Both the position numbers and the translations under genes were made by a program. Of a stretch of 64,000 bases of DNA, positions 48,710 to 61,954 are shown piece after piece. The stretch is from Sphyrna mokarran (taxonomy: Eukaryota). The DNA lies in assembly GCA_024679065.1 (NCBI GenBank), contig JAGIQG010000016.1, positions 1,736,001-1,800,000 on the forward strand, written 5' to 3'. The notes beneath the pieces were generated by a model. The model ran no database searches and had not been told where the DNA came from. It was given only the letters and a program-made list of their open reading frames with translations. Each line of letters starts with the position of its first letter. Position 1 is the first letter of the stretch.

Positions 48710-51195
48710 TAGGAATGTAGAGGAAAGATTGCAAAGATGATTCTGGATAAGAGCAGAAGTAACAAGGTAGTTGCTATGGGGAAATTTTAACTCTACAAAT
48801 ATTGATTGGAAAAGCTATAGTTTGAGCACTTTAGATGGGTCTGTTTTTGTCCAATGTGTGCATGAGGATTTCCTGACATAGCACATAGATAGGCCAACTA
48901 GAAGCAAGGCCACATTGGATTTGGTACTGGGTAATGAGCCAGACCAGGTGTTAGATTTGGAGGTAGGCAAGCACTTTGGTGATAGAGACCACAACTTGGT
49001 TACATTTACATTAGAGATGGGAAGAGATAGGTATATATCGCAGGCAAGAGTTATAGCTGGGGGAAAGGGGATTATGATGCGATTAGGCAAGATTTAGGAT
49101 GCATAGGATGTGGAAGGAAACTGCATGGTATGGGCGCAATTGAAATGTAGAGCATGTTCAAGGAACAGGTACTACGTGTCCTTGATAAGTACGTGCCTGT
49201 CAGACAGAGAGGAAGTTGTTGAGCGAGGGAATTGTGGTTTATTAAAGAAGTTGAATTGCTTGTGAAGAGGAAGAAGGAGACTTATGTAAAAATGAGATGT
49301 GAAGGCTCAGTTAGGGCGCTTGAGAGTTACAAGTTAGCCAGGAAGGACCTAAAGAGAGAGCTAAGAAGAGCCAGGAGGGGACATGAGAAGTCTTTGGCAG
49401 GTAGGATCAAGGAAAACCCTAAAGTTTTCTATAGGTATGTCAGAACTAAAAGAATGACTAGGGTAAGGTTAGGGCCAGTCAAGGACAGTAATGGGAAGTT
49501 GTGTGTGGAGTCCAAAGAGATAGGAGAGGTGTTAAATGAATATTTTTCATCGGTATTCATACAGGAAAAAGACAAAGTTATCAAGGAAATACTGAGATAC
49601 AGACTATTAGACTAGATGGGATTGAAATACGTAAGGAGGAAGTGTTAGCAATGCTGGGAAGTATGAAAATAGATAAGTTCCCTGGGCTGGATGGGATTTA
49701 TCCTAGGATTCCCTGGAAGGATAGGGAGAAGATTGCAGAGCCTTTAGCTTTAATCTTTATGTTGTCATTATCTACAGAAGTAGTGCCAAAAGACTGGAGG
49801 ATAGCAAATGTTATCCCCTTCTTCAAGAAGGGATATATAGAGACAATCCTGGGAATGATAGACCAGTGAACCTTACTTCTGTTGTGGACAAAGTTTTGGA
49901 AATGATTATGAGAGATCAGATTTATAATCATCAAGAAAGGAATAATTTGATTAGGGATAGCTAACACGGTTTTGTGAAGGGTAGGTCATGCCTCACAAAC
50001 CTTATTGAGTTCTTTGAGAAGGTGACCAAAGAGGTGGATAAGGGTAAAGCAGTTGATGTGGTGTATATGGATTTCAGCAAAGCATTTGATAAGGTTTCCA
50101 CAGTAAGCTATTGCAGAAGATACAGAGGCATGGGATTGAGGGTGATTCAGCAGTTTAGATCAGAAATTGGCTAGCTGTAAGAAAACAGAGGGTGGCAGTT
50201 GATGGGAAATATTCATTCTGGAGTTACTAGTGATGTATCACAAGGATCTGTTTTGGGCCCACTGCTATTTGTCATTTTTATAAATGACCTTGATTGAGGG
50301 GGTTAAAGGCTGGATTAGTGAATTTGCGGATGACACTAAAATTGGTGGAGGTATGGACAGCGCGGATGGATGTTGCAGGTTACAGAGAGACATAGATAGG
50401 CTACAAGAGCTGGGCGGGAGGTGGCAAATGGAATTTAATGTGAAAAAGTGTGAAGTGATTCACTTTGGAAGGAGTAACAGGAATACAGAGTACTGGGTTA
50501 ATAGTAAGATACTTGGTAGTGTGGATGAGCAGAGAGATCTCGGTGTCCATGTGCATAGATTCCTGAAAGTTGGCACCCAGGTTGATAAGGTTGTTAAGAA
50601 GATGTACAGTGTGTTAGCTTTTATTGGTAGTGAGATTGAGTTTAGGAGCTATGAGATCATATTGCAGCTGTACAAAACTCTTGTGTGGCCGCACTTGGAG
50701 TATTGTGTACAGTTCTGGTCGTTGCATTATAGGAAGCATGTGGAAGCATTGAAGAGATTTTTGAAGGATATTGTTAGTATGATGGGAAGGTCTTGTGGAG
50801 AAAGGCTGAGGGACTTGAGGCTGTTTTCATTAGAGAGAAGAAGGTTAAGAGGTGACTTAATAAAGGCACATAAGATGATCAGAGGATTAGGTTAGGTGGA
50901 CAGTGAGGGCCTCTTTCCTTGGATAGAGATGGCTAGCATAAGAGGACATAGCTTTAAATTGAGAAGTGATAGATATAGGTGTCAGAATTAGGTTCTTTAT
51001 GCAGAGAGTAGTAAGGGCTTGGAATGTCCTGTCTGTAACAGTAGAAGACTCACCAACATTAAGGGCATTTAAATGGTCATTGGATAAACATATGGATGAT
51101 ATTGAAATGTGTAGGTAAGATGGGCTTTAAATTGAATTCACAGGTCAGCTCAACATTGAGAGCCAAAGGACCTGTACTGTGCTGTAAAGTTCTAT
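48710..51195 (+). mobile_element. CR1 LINE related to family A, about 2.5 kb, decayed
   Basis: ORF2 fragments 48915-50895 with stops and frameshifts (EFADDTK), plus 3' tail. Confidence 0.93.
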
Positions 51196-51269
51196 GTTTA
51201 AGAAGCATCTTGGCAGATACATGAATGGGGAAGGAATAGAGGGATACAGAATGCGTAGATACAAAAGGC

Positions 51270-52005
51270 TTGATTTTGATTTGATTAGATTTGATTTATT
51301 ATTGGGATGCAGTGAAAAATATTGTTGCTTGCGCACTACACAAAGCATACTGTTCATAGAGGAGGAAAGGAGAGAGTGCAGAATGTTGTGCGACAGTCAT
51401 AGCTAGGATGTAAGAAAGGTCAACTTAATATAAGGTAGGTCCATTCAAAAGTCTGACAGCAGAAGGGAAGAAGTTGTTCTTGAGTCACTTGGTAAAAGAC
51501 CTTAGACTTTTGTATCTTTTTCTCAACAGAAGGTAGAAGAGAGAATGTCCGGGGTGCATGGGGGTCCTTAATTATGCCAGCTGCTTTCCCCGAGGCAGCG
51601 GGAGGTGTAGACAGAGTCAATGGATGGGAGGCTGGTTTGTGTGATGGATTGGGCTATATTGATGACTCTTTGCAGTTGCTTGTGGTCTTGGGCAGAGCAG
51701 GAGCCCAGACCAAACTGTGATACAACCAGAAAGAATGCTTTCTATGCTGCATCAGTTAAAGTTGGTGAGAGTTGTAACAGAAATATCAAATTTCCTTAAC
51801 CTCCTGAGAAAATAGAGGCATTGGTCAGCTTTCTTAACTACAGTGTCAGCATGAGGAGACCAGGACAGGTTGTTGATGATCTAGAGACTGAAAAGCTTGA
51901 AGCTCTCCATCATTTCTCCTTCACCCCTGTTGATGTAGAGAGGAGCATATCCCCCATTACGCTTCCTGAAGTCAATGACAATCTCCTTCGTTTTGTTGAC
52001 ATTGA
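51270..52005 (-). mobile_element. Rex/Babar-like LINE 3' part
   Basis: NVNKTKEIVIDFRK...ESFKL, with a (tttga)n tail. Confidence 0.8.
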
Positions 52006-52149
52006 AGTCTGTAGTTTTTAGAAAGGCTTCATGCGTCAGCACAGGCTTGGTGGGCCGAAGAGCCTGATCCTGTGCTATACTGTTCTTTGAGTGGTTTAAC
52101 CATCTTCTACCCCTCAAGTAGAGCTCCCTCCCCCAAGGCTGAATGGAAT

Positions 52150-53240
52150 ATAGGAAGATTGGAAAAGGAGGGGCCTATTCAGCCCCTCAGACTTGCCCTG
52201 CTGTTCAATGAGATCATGACTGATTTGTAACCCAAACTTTGACCCAATATCCAGTAAAACTATTGGTTAACAAAGATCTCTCAATCTCACAGATCTAAAA
52301 TTAATAACATGATCAACTATAGTTTTCCTTCTGGGGAACAGAATTCAAAATTTCTCCCACCATTTAAGTGTCAAACTCCTTCCTAATTTCAGACAGGAAG
52401 TGTTTACCTCTCTTTTCCAGACACTGCTCCCTCGTGTTAGATTCTCCCCAACAAGAATAAATAGTTGCTCTCTATCAACCCCTATCTGCTCCCTTGATAG
52501 CTTTGATCAAATTACCTGCCACCTCTCCATCCTTCTAAATTCTAGAGAGAACAAGTCTGCTTTGACTTTAATCTCTCCCCGTAACTTAGCCCTTGCAGTG
52601 CCTGCTTTGTTCTGGTAAATGGGCACTGTACTCCCTCTGGGGCTACTCCTAAGACATGGGGCTCAGTAACTCCAGGTGTGGTCTAACCAGGGGCTTGTAC
52701 AGACTGAAGCATGACTTCTGCCCCTTGTTATTCTAGTCATAGTTTTCCAACACAAGAAGAGACCCTTTGGCCCATCATGGGTCATCCAGATGTACCATTA
52801 GCCTTGTATTTTAGAAAGAGCAGTGTGTACAGTATTGGTGAGATCATATCTGGAGTATTGTGCACAGTATTGGTGTCCTTATTGAAGGAGAGATGTTAGT
52901 GTGTTGCAAGCGGCTCAGAGAAGATTTCCCAGGTGAACACCAGGAGCGGGTGGGATATTTTATAAGGAGAGGTCAGGGAGGTTCAGTTTACATCTGCTGG
53001 AGTTTGGAAGAGTGAGGGAGAACTCAATGGAAACCTTTTAGATCCTGAGTGGGGTGGGGAGTTATTGGCAGGGTGGGTGTGGAGAGAAAGATCCCTTTTG
53101 TGGGAGAATCTGGAACTGGGGTGGAATGTTGGGGGTGGGGGAGCGGTCCCTGTTTAAAAATAAGCAGTGGTCCATTTCAGATGGAGATGGGAGGGAAATG
53201 TTTTCTCTCGGGGGGGGTGGAGTTTTCGGAATTCTCTTCC
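52150..53240. mobile_element. Old CR1 fragments (- at about 52150-52740; + at about 52820-53240)
   Basis: Degenerate HLEYCAQYW and tail motifs. Confidence 0.6.
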
Positions 53241-53244
53241 CCCA

Positions 53245-54790
53245 AAATTTATTTATTAGTCACAAGTCAGCTAATGTTAACACTGCAATGAAGTTACCGT
53301 GAAAATCCGCTAGTCACCACACTCCGGCGCCTGTTTGGGTACACTAGGAGGAATTTAACACGACAAATCCTTTCGAAATAGCACATCTTTCGGACTGTGG
53401 GAGGAAACCAAAGCACCCGGAGGAAACCCACACAGACATGGGGAGAACATGCAGACGCCACATAGAAAGCGATTCAAGCTGGGAATCGAACCTGGGTTCT
53501 TGGTGCTGTGAGACAGCAGTGCTAACCCACTGTGTTACTGTGCCCCGGGAATCGAATCCGGGTCCCTGGCATTGTGAGACAGCAGTGCTAACCCACTGTG
53601 TCACCGTGCCCCCAGGAATCAAACCTGAGTCCCTGGCGCTGTGAGACAGCAGTGCTAACCCACTGTGTCACCGTGCCCCCAGGAATCAAACCTGAGTCCC
53701 TGGCACTGTGAGACAGCAGTGCTAACCCACTGTGTCACCGTGCCCCCAGGAATCAAACCTGAGTCCCTGGTGCTGTGGGGCAGCAGTGCTAACCCACTGT
53801 GTCACCGTGCCCCCGGGAATCAAACCCAGGTCCCTGGCGTTGTGAGACAGCAGTGCTAACCCACTGTGTCACCGTGCCCCGGAATCAAACCCAGGTCCCT
53901 GGCGTTGTGAGACAGCAGTGCTAACCCACTGTGTTACTGTGCCCCCGGGAATCGAAACCGGGTCCCTGGCGCTGTGAGGCAGCAGTGCTAACCCACTGTG
54001 TCACCGTGCCCCCGGGAATTGAACCCAGGTCCCTGGCGTTGTGAGGCAGCAGTGCTAACCCACTGTGTTACTGTGCCCCGGAATCGAATCCGGGTCCCTG
54101 GCGCTGTGAAGCAGCAGTGCTAACCCACTGTGTCACCGTGCCCCCGGGAATCGAACTCAGGTCCCTGGTGCTGTGAGGCAGCAGTGCTAACCAACTGTGT
54201 TACTGTGCCCCGGAATCGAATCCAGGTCCCTGGCGCTGTGAAGCAGCAGTGCTAACCCACTGTGTCACCGTGCCCCCGGGAATCGAATCCGGGTCCCTGG
54301 CGCTGTGAAGCAGCAGTGCTAACCCACTGTCCCACGTGCCCCTGGGAATCGAATCTGGGTCCCTGGCGCTGTGAGACAGCAGTGCTAACCCACTGTCCCA
54401 CTGGGAATCGAACCCGGGTCCCTGGCGCTGTGAGACAGCAGTGCTAACCCACTGTGTCACCGTGCCCCCCGGGAATCGAACCCGGTTCCCTGGCGCTGTG
54501 AGACAGCAGTGCTAACCCACTGTGTCACCGTGCCCCCCAGGAATCGAACCCGGGTCCCTGGCACTGTGAGAAAGCAGTGCTAACCCACTGTGTCACCGTG
54601 CCCCTGGGAATCGAACCTGAGTCCCTGGTGCTGTGAGGCAGCAGCGCTAACCCACTGTGTCACCGTGCCCCTGGGAATCGAACCTGAGTCCCTGGTGCTG
54701 TGAGACAGCAGCGCTAACCCACTGTGTCACCGTGCCCCTGGGAATCGAACCTGAGTCCCTGGTGCTGTGAGACAGCAGTGCTGACCATTG
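53245..54790 (-). mobile_element. V-SINE-type SINE whose tRNA-derived head is tandemly amplified (about 65-bp unit, about 20 copies, 53480-54790)
   Basis: Minus unit ggggcacggtgacacagtgggttagcactgctgtctcacagcgccagggacccgggttcgattccc. SINE body at 53245-53480. Confidence 0.92.
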
Positions 54791-55459
54791 TACCACATCC
54801 TCAGAAGGCTGTGGGAGCAGGAGTTTCGAACATTTCCGAGGGAAAGCCAGATAGATTCTCAATTAACAAGAGGTGAAAGAGGTTTGTATACTGTGCAAGA
54901 AACAATACTTCCAACAATAAATCAAATCAAACGAAAAGAGGAATGTGGAGTTGAGGTTACATTTGATCCCTGGTGATCTTGCTGAATGTGGGGAGCATGT
55001 TTCAAGAACCAAGAGTAACTCGAACGTTCGAATGGATATTTTTTTTTGTCCCTGTCCCTGGCATTTTCTTGACCTCTGCACCAAACCTGATAAATTCTTT
55101 GGCCCTCCACTGTGTTGAATGTTTTCACAGTTCAGGAATTCCCCAATCTCTCCTTTATTTGTCTAATGCTGTTGACCTCCTGTAAGGTGACATTAAAATC
55201 CACTTGCCACAATATTCCCATTTACTGAGCCTATCAATACCTCTTTGTAATGCCACAACTTCCTCCTACTCTCTTTACAAAGAGGCCCATCCCTGCAATA
55301 TGGGCTTATTTGAATGTGTGGCTTGCTGTGCCAATACCTATGTTGCTGAATGTTTTTGGACAAAACACATTTCCTTGTTGGATGCCAGCAGTCAGTGCTT
55401 CCATTCATTACCCCAATTCCCTGCTTCTTGCTGTTTAACCAACCCTCTAACCCGGTCAC

Positions 55460-56250
55460 AGTCAACATCCTGGAGGTTACCATCACTGAATTTCATCCCC
55501 CCCACCCTCAACAACCTGAGGATTACAATCACTGAATCCCCCCCCCCCCCACTACTATCAACATCCTGGGGGTTACCATTGACTAGAAACTGAACTGCAC
55601 CCAGCCATATAAATACTGTGGCTCCCAGAGCAGGTCAGAGGCTGGGAATCCTGTGGAGAGTAACTCACCTCCTGCCTCCCCAAAGCCTGTCCACCATCTA
55701 CAAGGACACAAGTCAGGAGTGTGATGGAATACTCTCCATTTGCCTGGATGGGTGCAGCTCCAAGAATGCTCGAAAAGCTCGACACCATCAAGGACAAAGC
55801 AGCCCCGCTCGATCGACACACTAACCACAAACACTCACTCCCTCCACCACTGACGCACAGTGACAGCCGTGTGTACCATCTACAAGATGCACCGCAGCAA
55901 CTCACCAAGGCTCCTTAGGCAGCACCTTCCAAACACAACACCTCTACCATCTAGAAGGACAAGGGCAGCAGATACCTGGAAACACCTGGAAGTTCCCCTC
56001 TGAGTCACTCACCATCCCGACTTGGAAATATATTGGCCAATCGTTCATTGTTGCTGGAATCAAAATCCTGGAGTTCCTTCCCTTTTAGCACTGTGGGTCT
56101 ACCTACATCACATAGGGACTGCAATGGGTTGAGGATGGTGGCTTACCCACCACCTTCTCAAGGGACAATTAGGACTGGGGGTGCGGTAAATGCTAGGCGC
56201 AGACAACCAGAAAGAGACACATCAGGGAATGAATGTAAAAAAAAACTTGT
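55460..56250 (+). mobile_element. CR1/L2-group LINE 3' part (same family as 33569-34690)
   Basis: RAGQRLGILWRVTHLLPPQSLSTIYK, preceded by 2-3 degenerate 41-bp units. Confidence 0.85.
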
Positions 56251-56269
56251 TTCTTCTGAAGGACCAAGT

Positions 56270-56455
56270 TTATTTGTTGATGTCACAAATAGGCTTACAT
56301 TACCACTGCAATGAAGTTACTGTGAAAATCCACTAGTTGCCACATTCCCGCATCCATTTGGGTTACACTGTGGGAGAAATTATCACGTCCAATGCACCTG
56401 ATCAGCACGTCTTTCAGACTGAGGGAGGAAACCAGAGCACCCAGAGGAAACCCAC
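56270..56455 (-). mobile_element. V-SINE-type SINE 3' part
   Basis: Reverse complement of the 35990-36180 sequence. Confidence 0.8.
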
Positions 56456-56510
56456 TGTTTAAAAATGAGGGGTCCTCATAAGAAAACATATTTGAGAAAT
56501 TATAAAGAAG

Positions 56511-57228
56511 CCCCATTCAGCCCCTCAAGCCTGTTACACAGGAACAGGAGGAGGCCCCATTCAGCCCCTCGAGCCAGTTACACAGGAACAGGAGGAGGCC
56601 ATTCAGCCCCTCAAGCCTGTTACACAGGAACAGGAGGAGGCCATTCAGCCCCTCAAATTGTTACACAGAAACAGGAGGAGGCCCCATTCAGCCCCTCGAG
56701 CCTGTTACACAGGAACAGGAGGAGGCCATTCAGCCCCTCGAGCCTGTTACACAGGAACAGGAGGAGGCCATTCAGCCCCTCGAGCCTGTTACACAGGAAC
56801 AGGAGGAGGCCATTCAGCCCCTCGAGCCTGTTACACAGGAACAGGAGGAGGCCCATTCAGCCCCTCGAGCTGTTACACAGGAACAGGAGGAGGCCATTCA
56901 GCCCCTCGAGCCTGTTACACAGGAACAGGAGGAGGCCATTCAGCCCCTCGAGCCTGTTACACAGAAACAGGAGGAGGCCCCATTCAGCCCCTCGAGCCTG
57001 TTACACAGACAGGGGAGGCCATTCAGCCCCTCGAGCTGTTACACAGGAACAGGAGGAACCCCATTCAGCCCCTCGAGCCTGTTACACAGGAACAGGAGGA
57101 GGCCCCATTCAGCCCCTCAAACCTGTTACACAGGAACAGGAGGAGGCTATTCAGCCCCTCGAGCCTGTTACACAGGAACAGGAGGAGGCCATTCAGCCCC
57201 TCGAGCCTGTTACACAGGAACAGGAGCA
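56511..57228 (+). repeat. 42/44-bp minisatellite
   Basis: About 17 units. Confidence 0.95.
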
Positions 57229-57894
57229 AGCCGATTCACCTCCTTGAAGCAGTCTTTATTCAATCCAATCATGTGTATTTTCTACCTTAACTCCATTTAC
57301 CTGCCCTGGTTCTATAATCTTTAACCTCTTTCACCCTGCATATATCTATCAATCTCAGCTTTTAAATTTGTAGTTGATCAGCCCAAACTCACCAGGTTGC
57401 AGGGAAGAGGCCTGTCTTCAGTGAATAAAGAGATGCTAATTCTGCTGGTTCAGGAGTTTTGCTGGAAATAATGCATTTTTGCTAAATCTTTTTACCTTGC
57501 TCGCATTAGGGCTGGTCAGAAGGCCGACCCAAGGCCAACAATAAATGTAAACGGTGTGAGAGGAGCACAGTGATGGGTTGTCAGGTGCATTCTAACTTCT
57601 GGAGGCACTGCCATGGATGCTGCACCAGTTGATGGTGGCTGACTGTTAACTGCCGAGCACTGTTTGAAACCTAAGCCAGCTGGCATGAACCTGACTGGTC
57701 CCAGTATTGTGCTGAGGAATGAACCAGCAAATAGCCATCACTTATTTGGGATTGGCTGAAACAGGCACCATGTGATCTGTCTGTCTGCAAAGAATAGGAT
57801 CCCATGTACTAATATACATGCCTATTAGGACAAACAGGTGCCAGCCCACCTTACAGTCTTAAATTGTGATTCTGAATGCACTACAAACTGACTG

Positions 57895-58205
57895 GGTGGC
57901 ATAATGGTTAGCACTGCTGAGTCCCAGGGATCTGGGTTAAATTCCAGCCTTCTGTCACTGACTGTATGAAGTTTGCATGTTCTCCCTGTGTTTTCTCTAG
58001 GTGCTCTGTTTTTTCCCCACGGTCCAAAGAGGCACAGATTAGGCAAATGGCCATACTAAATTATCTCTTGGTATCCTAAGGCGTTAGCGGGATTAATACA
58101 TGGGGTTCTGGATTAGGGCAAGGGTAAGATGCTCTCTTGGAGAGTCAGTTCAGACTTGATGGGCCAAATGGCCTCCTTCTGCACTGTGAGGATTCTATGA
58201 TTCTA
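57895..58205 (+). mobile_element. HE1/V-SINE-type SINE
   Basis: Head, V-domain and a tail ending gattctatgattctat. Confidence 0.82.
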
Positions 58206-59197
58206 TAACTGCTTTTGGAGGGATGGTGGTAGAGGAGGGTTGTTATGGGGGTTGGTCAAAATTGAGATTCAGATTTTTCAGGAGTAAGAGGAGGAAACTA
58301 TTCTTCTGAGAAAGGGTTGGTGAAATTTGGAACTCTCTCCACAAGCAACAGTTTGTACTGGAGTAATTGTCAGCCACAATTACTGGCAATTACCTGTCCA
58401 GGTCTGTGTTTAAGCCTTTGAGTAGAAAGAGGGATCTGGTTATTCATCTGTGAATTACTGATACTGGGTCCATTGTTTTTACCAGAACTTTGGACGGATC
58501 AAGTTCTGTTCAGCCTTCGAGCAGAAAGTTTGTCTGACCCAGATAAATAGTCACTATGCTAACACTAGGGTAATCAGTAAGAAGTTGCAGGCATGAATTC
58601 AAGTTGGCAGGTACGGGATGACAGATACTGATGAAATACTGTGAGATAGTCAGCAGTGGGAGAAAAGTAGCCCAGATTACATACTGCAGGAAAGATAAAG
58701 AGGGACTAGCCCTGTGTGAATCAAAATAAAATCTCTATGAGGATAACAGCAGCCACATCAAGAGGGAAACAGATAGCAGAGAGGTCATTGGCAGAATTAG
58801 GAGATGGGAACATGATGTGAGGCTGGGAGTTGTGTACAGCTCCCCCAGGCAGCAGCAGTGAAGTGTATCAAGACAGCAACTGAACATACAGGGAGTAAAG
58901 AAAGAAATTGGGATGCTAAAAGAGGTGGAGAAACCCAGGTGGAAAGAAACAGAATTTGTGTTTTGGGTCAATAATTAATAAAAGCTGCTGGGTTTGAACG
59001 GGAGGTTTTTAAAAAAATTATTCATGGGATATGGGTGTCACTAGCCAGGCCAGGCCCAGCAATTATTGATAAAGGCTCTGATGAAGGGCAATTGCAACCC
59101 AAAACTTTGGCTGTATTCCCTCTCCACAGAAGCTGTCAGATCTGCTGGGATTTTCCAGCATTTTCAATTTTTATTCAGATTCCAGCATCAGTATCTC

Positions 59198-59470
59198 CAG
59201 CACGAGGGGACACAGCTTTAAATTAAGGGGTGATAGTTATAGGACGGATATCAGAGGTAGGTTCTTTACCCAAAGGGTGGTTCGGGAGTGGAATGCCCTG
59301 CCTGCAGCAGTTGTAGATGCGCCAAGTTGGTGGCGTTTAAGAGGTTAGTTGATAAGTATATGGAAGAGAAGGGAATGGTTTAGTTTGGAGGGGCATTGCT
59401 TTTTATATTGGTCGGCGCAACATCGAAGGCCGAAGGGCCTGTTCTGTGCTGTAATGTTCTATGTTCTATG
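59198..59470 (+). mobile_element. CR1 family A 3' end
   Basis: Near-identical reverse complement of 10445-10710, with a tgttctatgttctatg tail. Confidence 0.92.
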
Positions 59471-59689
59471 TAGTAGTATTTTGTAATTGCACCACCATTT
59501 ACTGCCAGTTTCTAATTGGCCCTAGAAGGTGGTGGGTGAACCATCTTCTAGAACCCACTGCGGTCTGTATAGTGTAGGTACATCTACAATGCTGTTCAGG
59601 AATCATTGAATCATATAGTGCTGACTAGGCCCTTCAGCCCATCAAATCTGCACCAACAAATGACCTCCCATTTAATTCCAGGAGGTTTT

Positions 59690-60220
59690 GAAGGAATGGC
59701 CGATATATTTCCAAGTTGGGATTATGAGTATCTCAGAGGGGAATTTACAGGTGGTGGGGTTCCCAGGTATCTGCTGCCCTTGTCCTTCTAGATGGTAGAG
59801 GTGGTAGGTTTGGAAGATGCTGCCTAAGGAGCCTTGGTGAGATGCTGCGGTGCATCTTGTAGATGGTACACACGGCTATCACTGTGCGTCAGGGGGTGGA
59901 GGGAGTAAGTGTCTGTGGTTAGTGTGTCGATCGAGCGGGGCTGCTTTGTCCTGGATGGTGTCGAGTTTCTCAAATGTTGTTGGAGCCGCACCCATCCAGG
60001 CAAGTGGGGAATATTCCATCCTTCCAAAGGATCATCTGCTTTTTTCTCTTCTTACAGATTCTGCTAGATGGCTGAGATTTTCTCGCATTTTCTCTTTTGG
60101 TTTCAGATTCCAGTGTCCGCAGTAATTTGCTTTTATTAAAGAGTATTCTATCACACTCCTTACATTCTTGTAGATGGTGGACAGATTTTGGGGGAGTCAG
60201 GAGGCGAGTCACTCTCCACA
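59690..60220 (-). mobile_element. CR1/L2-group LINE fragment
   Basis: Reverse complement of the 55650-56050 family. Confidence 0.8.
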
Positions 60221-60609
60221 GTGAGCTTGCAATAAATTGGAAGCAGAAAGCAGTAAGGTCGTGATTTTTTTCAATGTGCCTAGGATAGTTTTCTGGAACC
60301 AGGCATCAGTCTGTATTAGATTAAGAAATGTGCAGAGGTAAGTTTAGTCAACAGCTCAGTGCTGAACAAACATTTATCTAATAGCTAATCACAATAGGAT
60401 TGATTTCAACACGCTGGTCTTGATTCTCAGCCCGAAACTAGAAAATCCCGCCTGGGGTCAATGGGCCTTTTCATGGTCCGCCCCTCACCCATTCCGATTC
60501 CCATGGTGGACGGAATGGAAAAACTCATCCCTTTGTAAAGCACAAACAAGTAACAGTTCGGAAGATTCTAGATTGACGTGAGGCTAAATTCGATGGAATG
60601 TCACAGAGT

Positions 60610-61310
60610 AGAAGGATGAGGGGGGATCTTATTGAAACTTACAGGATACTGTGAGGCCCTGGATAGGATGGACGTGGAGAGGATGTTTTCACTCGTAGGA
60701 AAAACTAGAACCAGAGGGCACAACCTCAGGCTAAAGGGACGATCCTTTAAAACAGAGATGAGGAGGAATTCCTTCAGCCAGAGAGTGGGGAATCTGTGGA
60801 ATTCTTTGCCGCAGAGAAGGCTGTGGAGTCCAGGTCACTGAGTGTCTTTAAGACAGAGATAGAGAGGTTCTTGATTAATAAGGGGATCAGGGGTTATTGG
60901 GGAAAAGGCAGGAGAATGGGGATAAGAAAAATATCAGTGATAGCCTTTTTCCTAGGATGGAGAAAGCTAGCACAAGGGGACATAGCTTTAAATTAAGGGG
61001 TGGTGGTTTTAGGACAGATGTCAGAGGTAGGTTCTTTACCCAGAGGATGGTAAGGGTATGGAATGCCTTGCCTGCGTCAGTTATAGATGCGCCAAGTTTG
61101 GTGGCGTTTAAGAGGTTAGTAGATAAGTTTATGCATGAAAAGGGAATGGTTTAGGTTAGAGGGTCACTGCTTGTTCCTAATTGGTCGGTGCAACATCAAG
61201 GGCCGAAGGGCCTGTTCTGCGATGTAATGTTCTATGTTCTATGATCGAATGGTGGAGCAGACTCAATGGGCTGAATGGCCTTATTCTGCTCCTGTATGTT
61301 ATGGTCTTTT
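60610..61310 (+). mobile_element. CR1 3' end interrupted by a family A 3' end (60935-61243)
   Basis: ORFs 60632-60841 and 60897-61154. Confidence 0.88.
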
Positions 61311-61605
61311 GGTCTTTTGGAGTAAAGTGCAATAATCTGCAATAATGACGATAACTAATAATGAAGAATTCAACATTGAAATTAGAAGCAGGAGATGGCC
61401 ACTCAGTCCCTCCAGCCTGCTATCCCCCCCATTCTATAGCACCATAGCTGATCTGGTTGAAACCTCAACTCCACCTTCCACCAAATCCACAATAACCTTT
61501 CATATCCCAATGAGCTTTTATCCTCCTTGTTAATCGAGAATCAATCTCATTCTGCCTTAACAATATGTAATATGGAAACACCTGCTTGGAATGTGGTAGG
61601 CACAA

Positions 61606-61714
61606 TAAGGAGTCTCACAACACCAGATTAAAGTCCAACAACTTTATTTGGCAGCACGAGTTTTCCCACTGCTCTGAAAGCTTGTGATTCCAAATAAACC
61701 CTGTTGTACTTAAC
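61606..61714. mobile_element. Second Penelope-like inverted-repeat remnant
   Basis: gagtctcacaacaccagattaaagtccaac...gaaagcttgtg...aaataaaccctgttg, same family as 46493-46701. Confidence 0.65.
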
Positions 61715-61954
61715 AATATACGGGCTGAGCGACTTTGGGGCTCTGTGCTTCAGAAGGCCAAGTCTGAATACTTTTCAGGAGGGAGCTGAAGATTCTTGAG
61801 GGGAGGGAAGGAAAGATTGGGATTGTGGAACTCAACACAAACAGAGTAGCCCAGATCTCACTGAATAGCAGAGCAGGCTTCATCACTGATGCACCTTAAC
61901 AGCCATGTGTATCATCTACAGGATACAGTACAGCAACTCACCAAGGCTCCTTTG

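Noticed and set aside
53480-54790. tRNA gene cluster
   Set aside because: The units are SINE heads contiguous with a V-SINE body, without a convincing acceptor stem or poly-T terminators.
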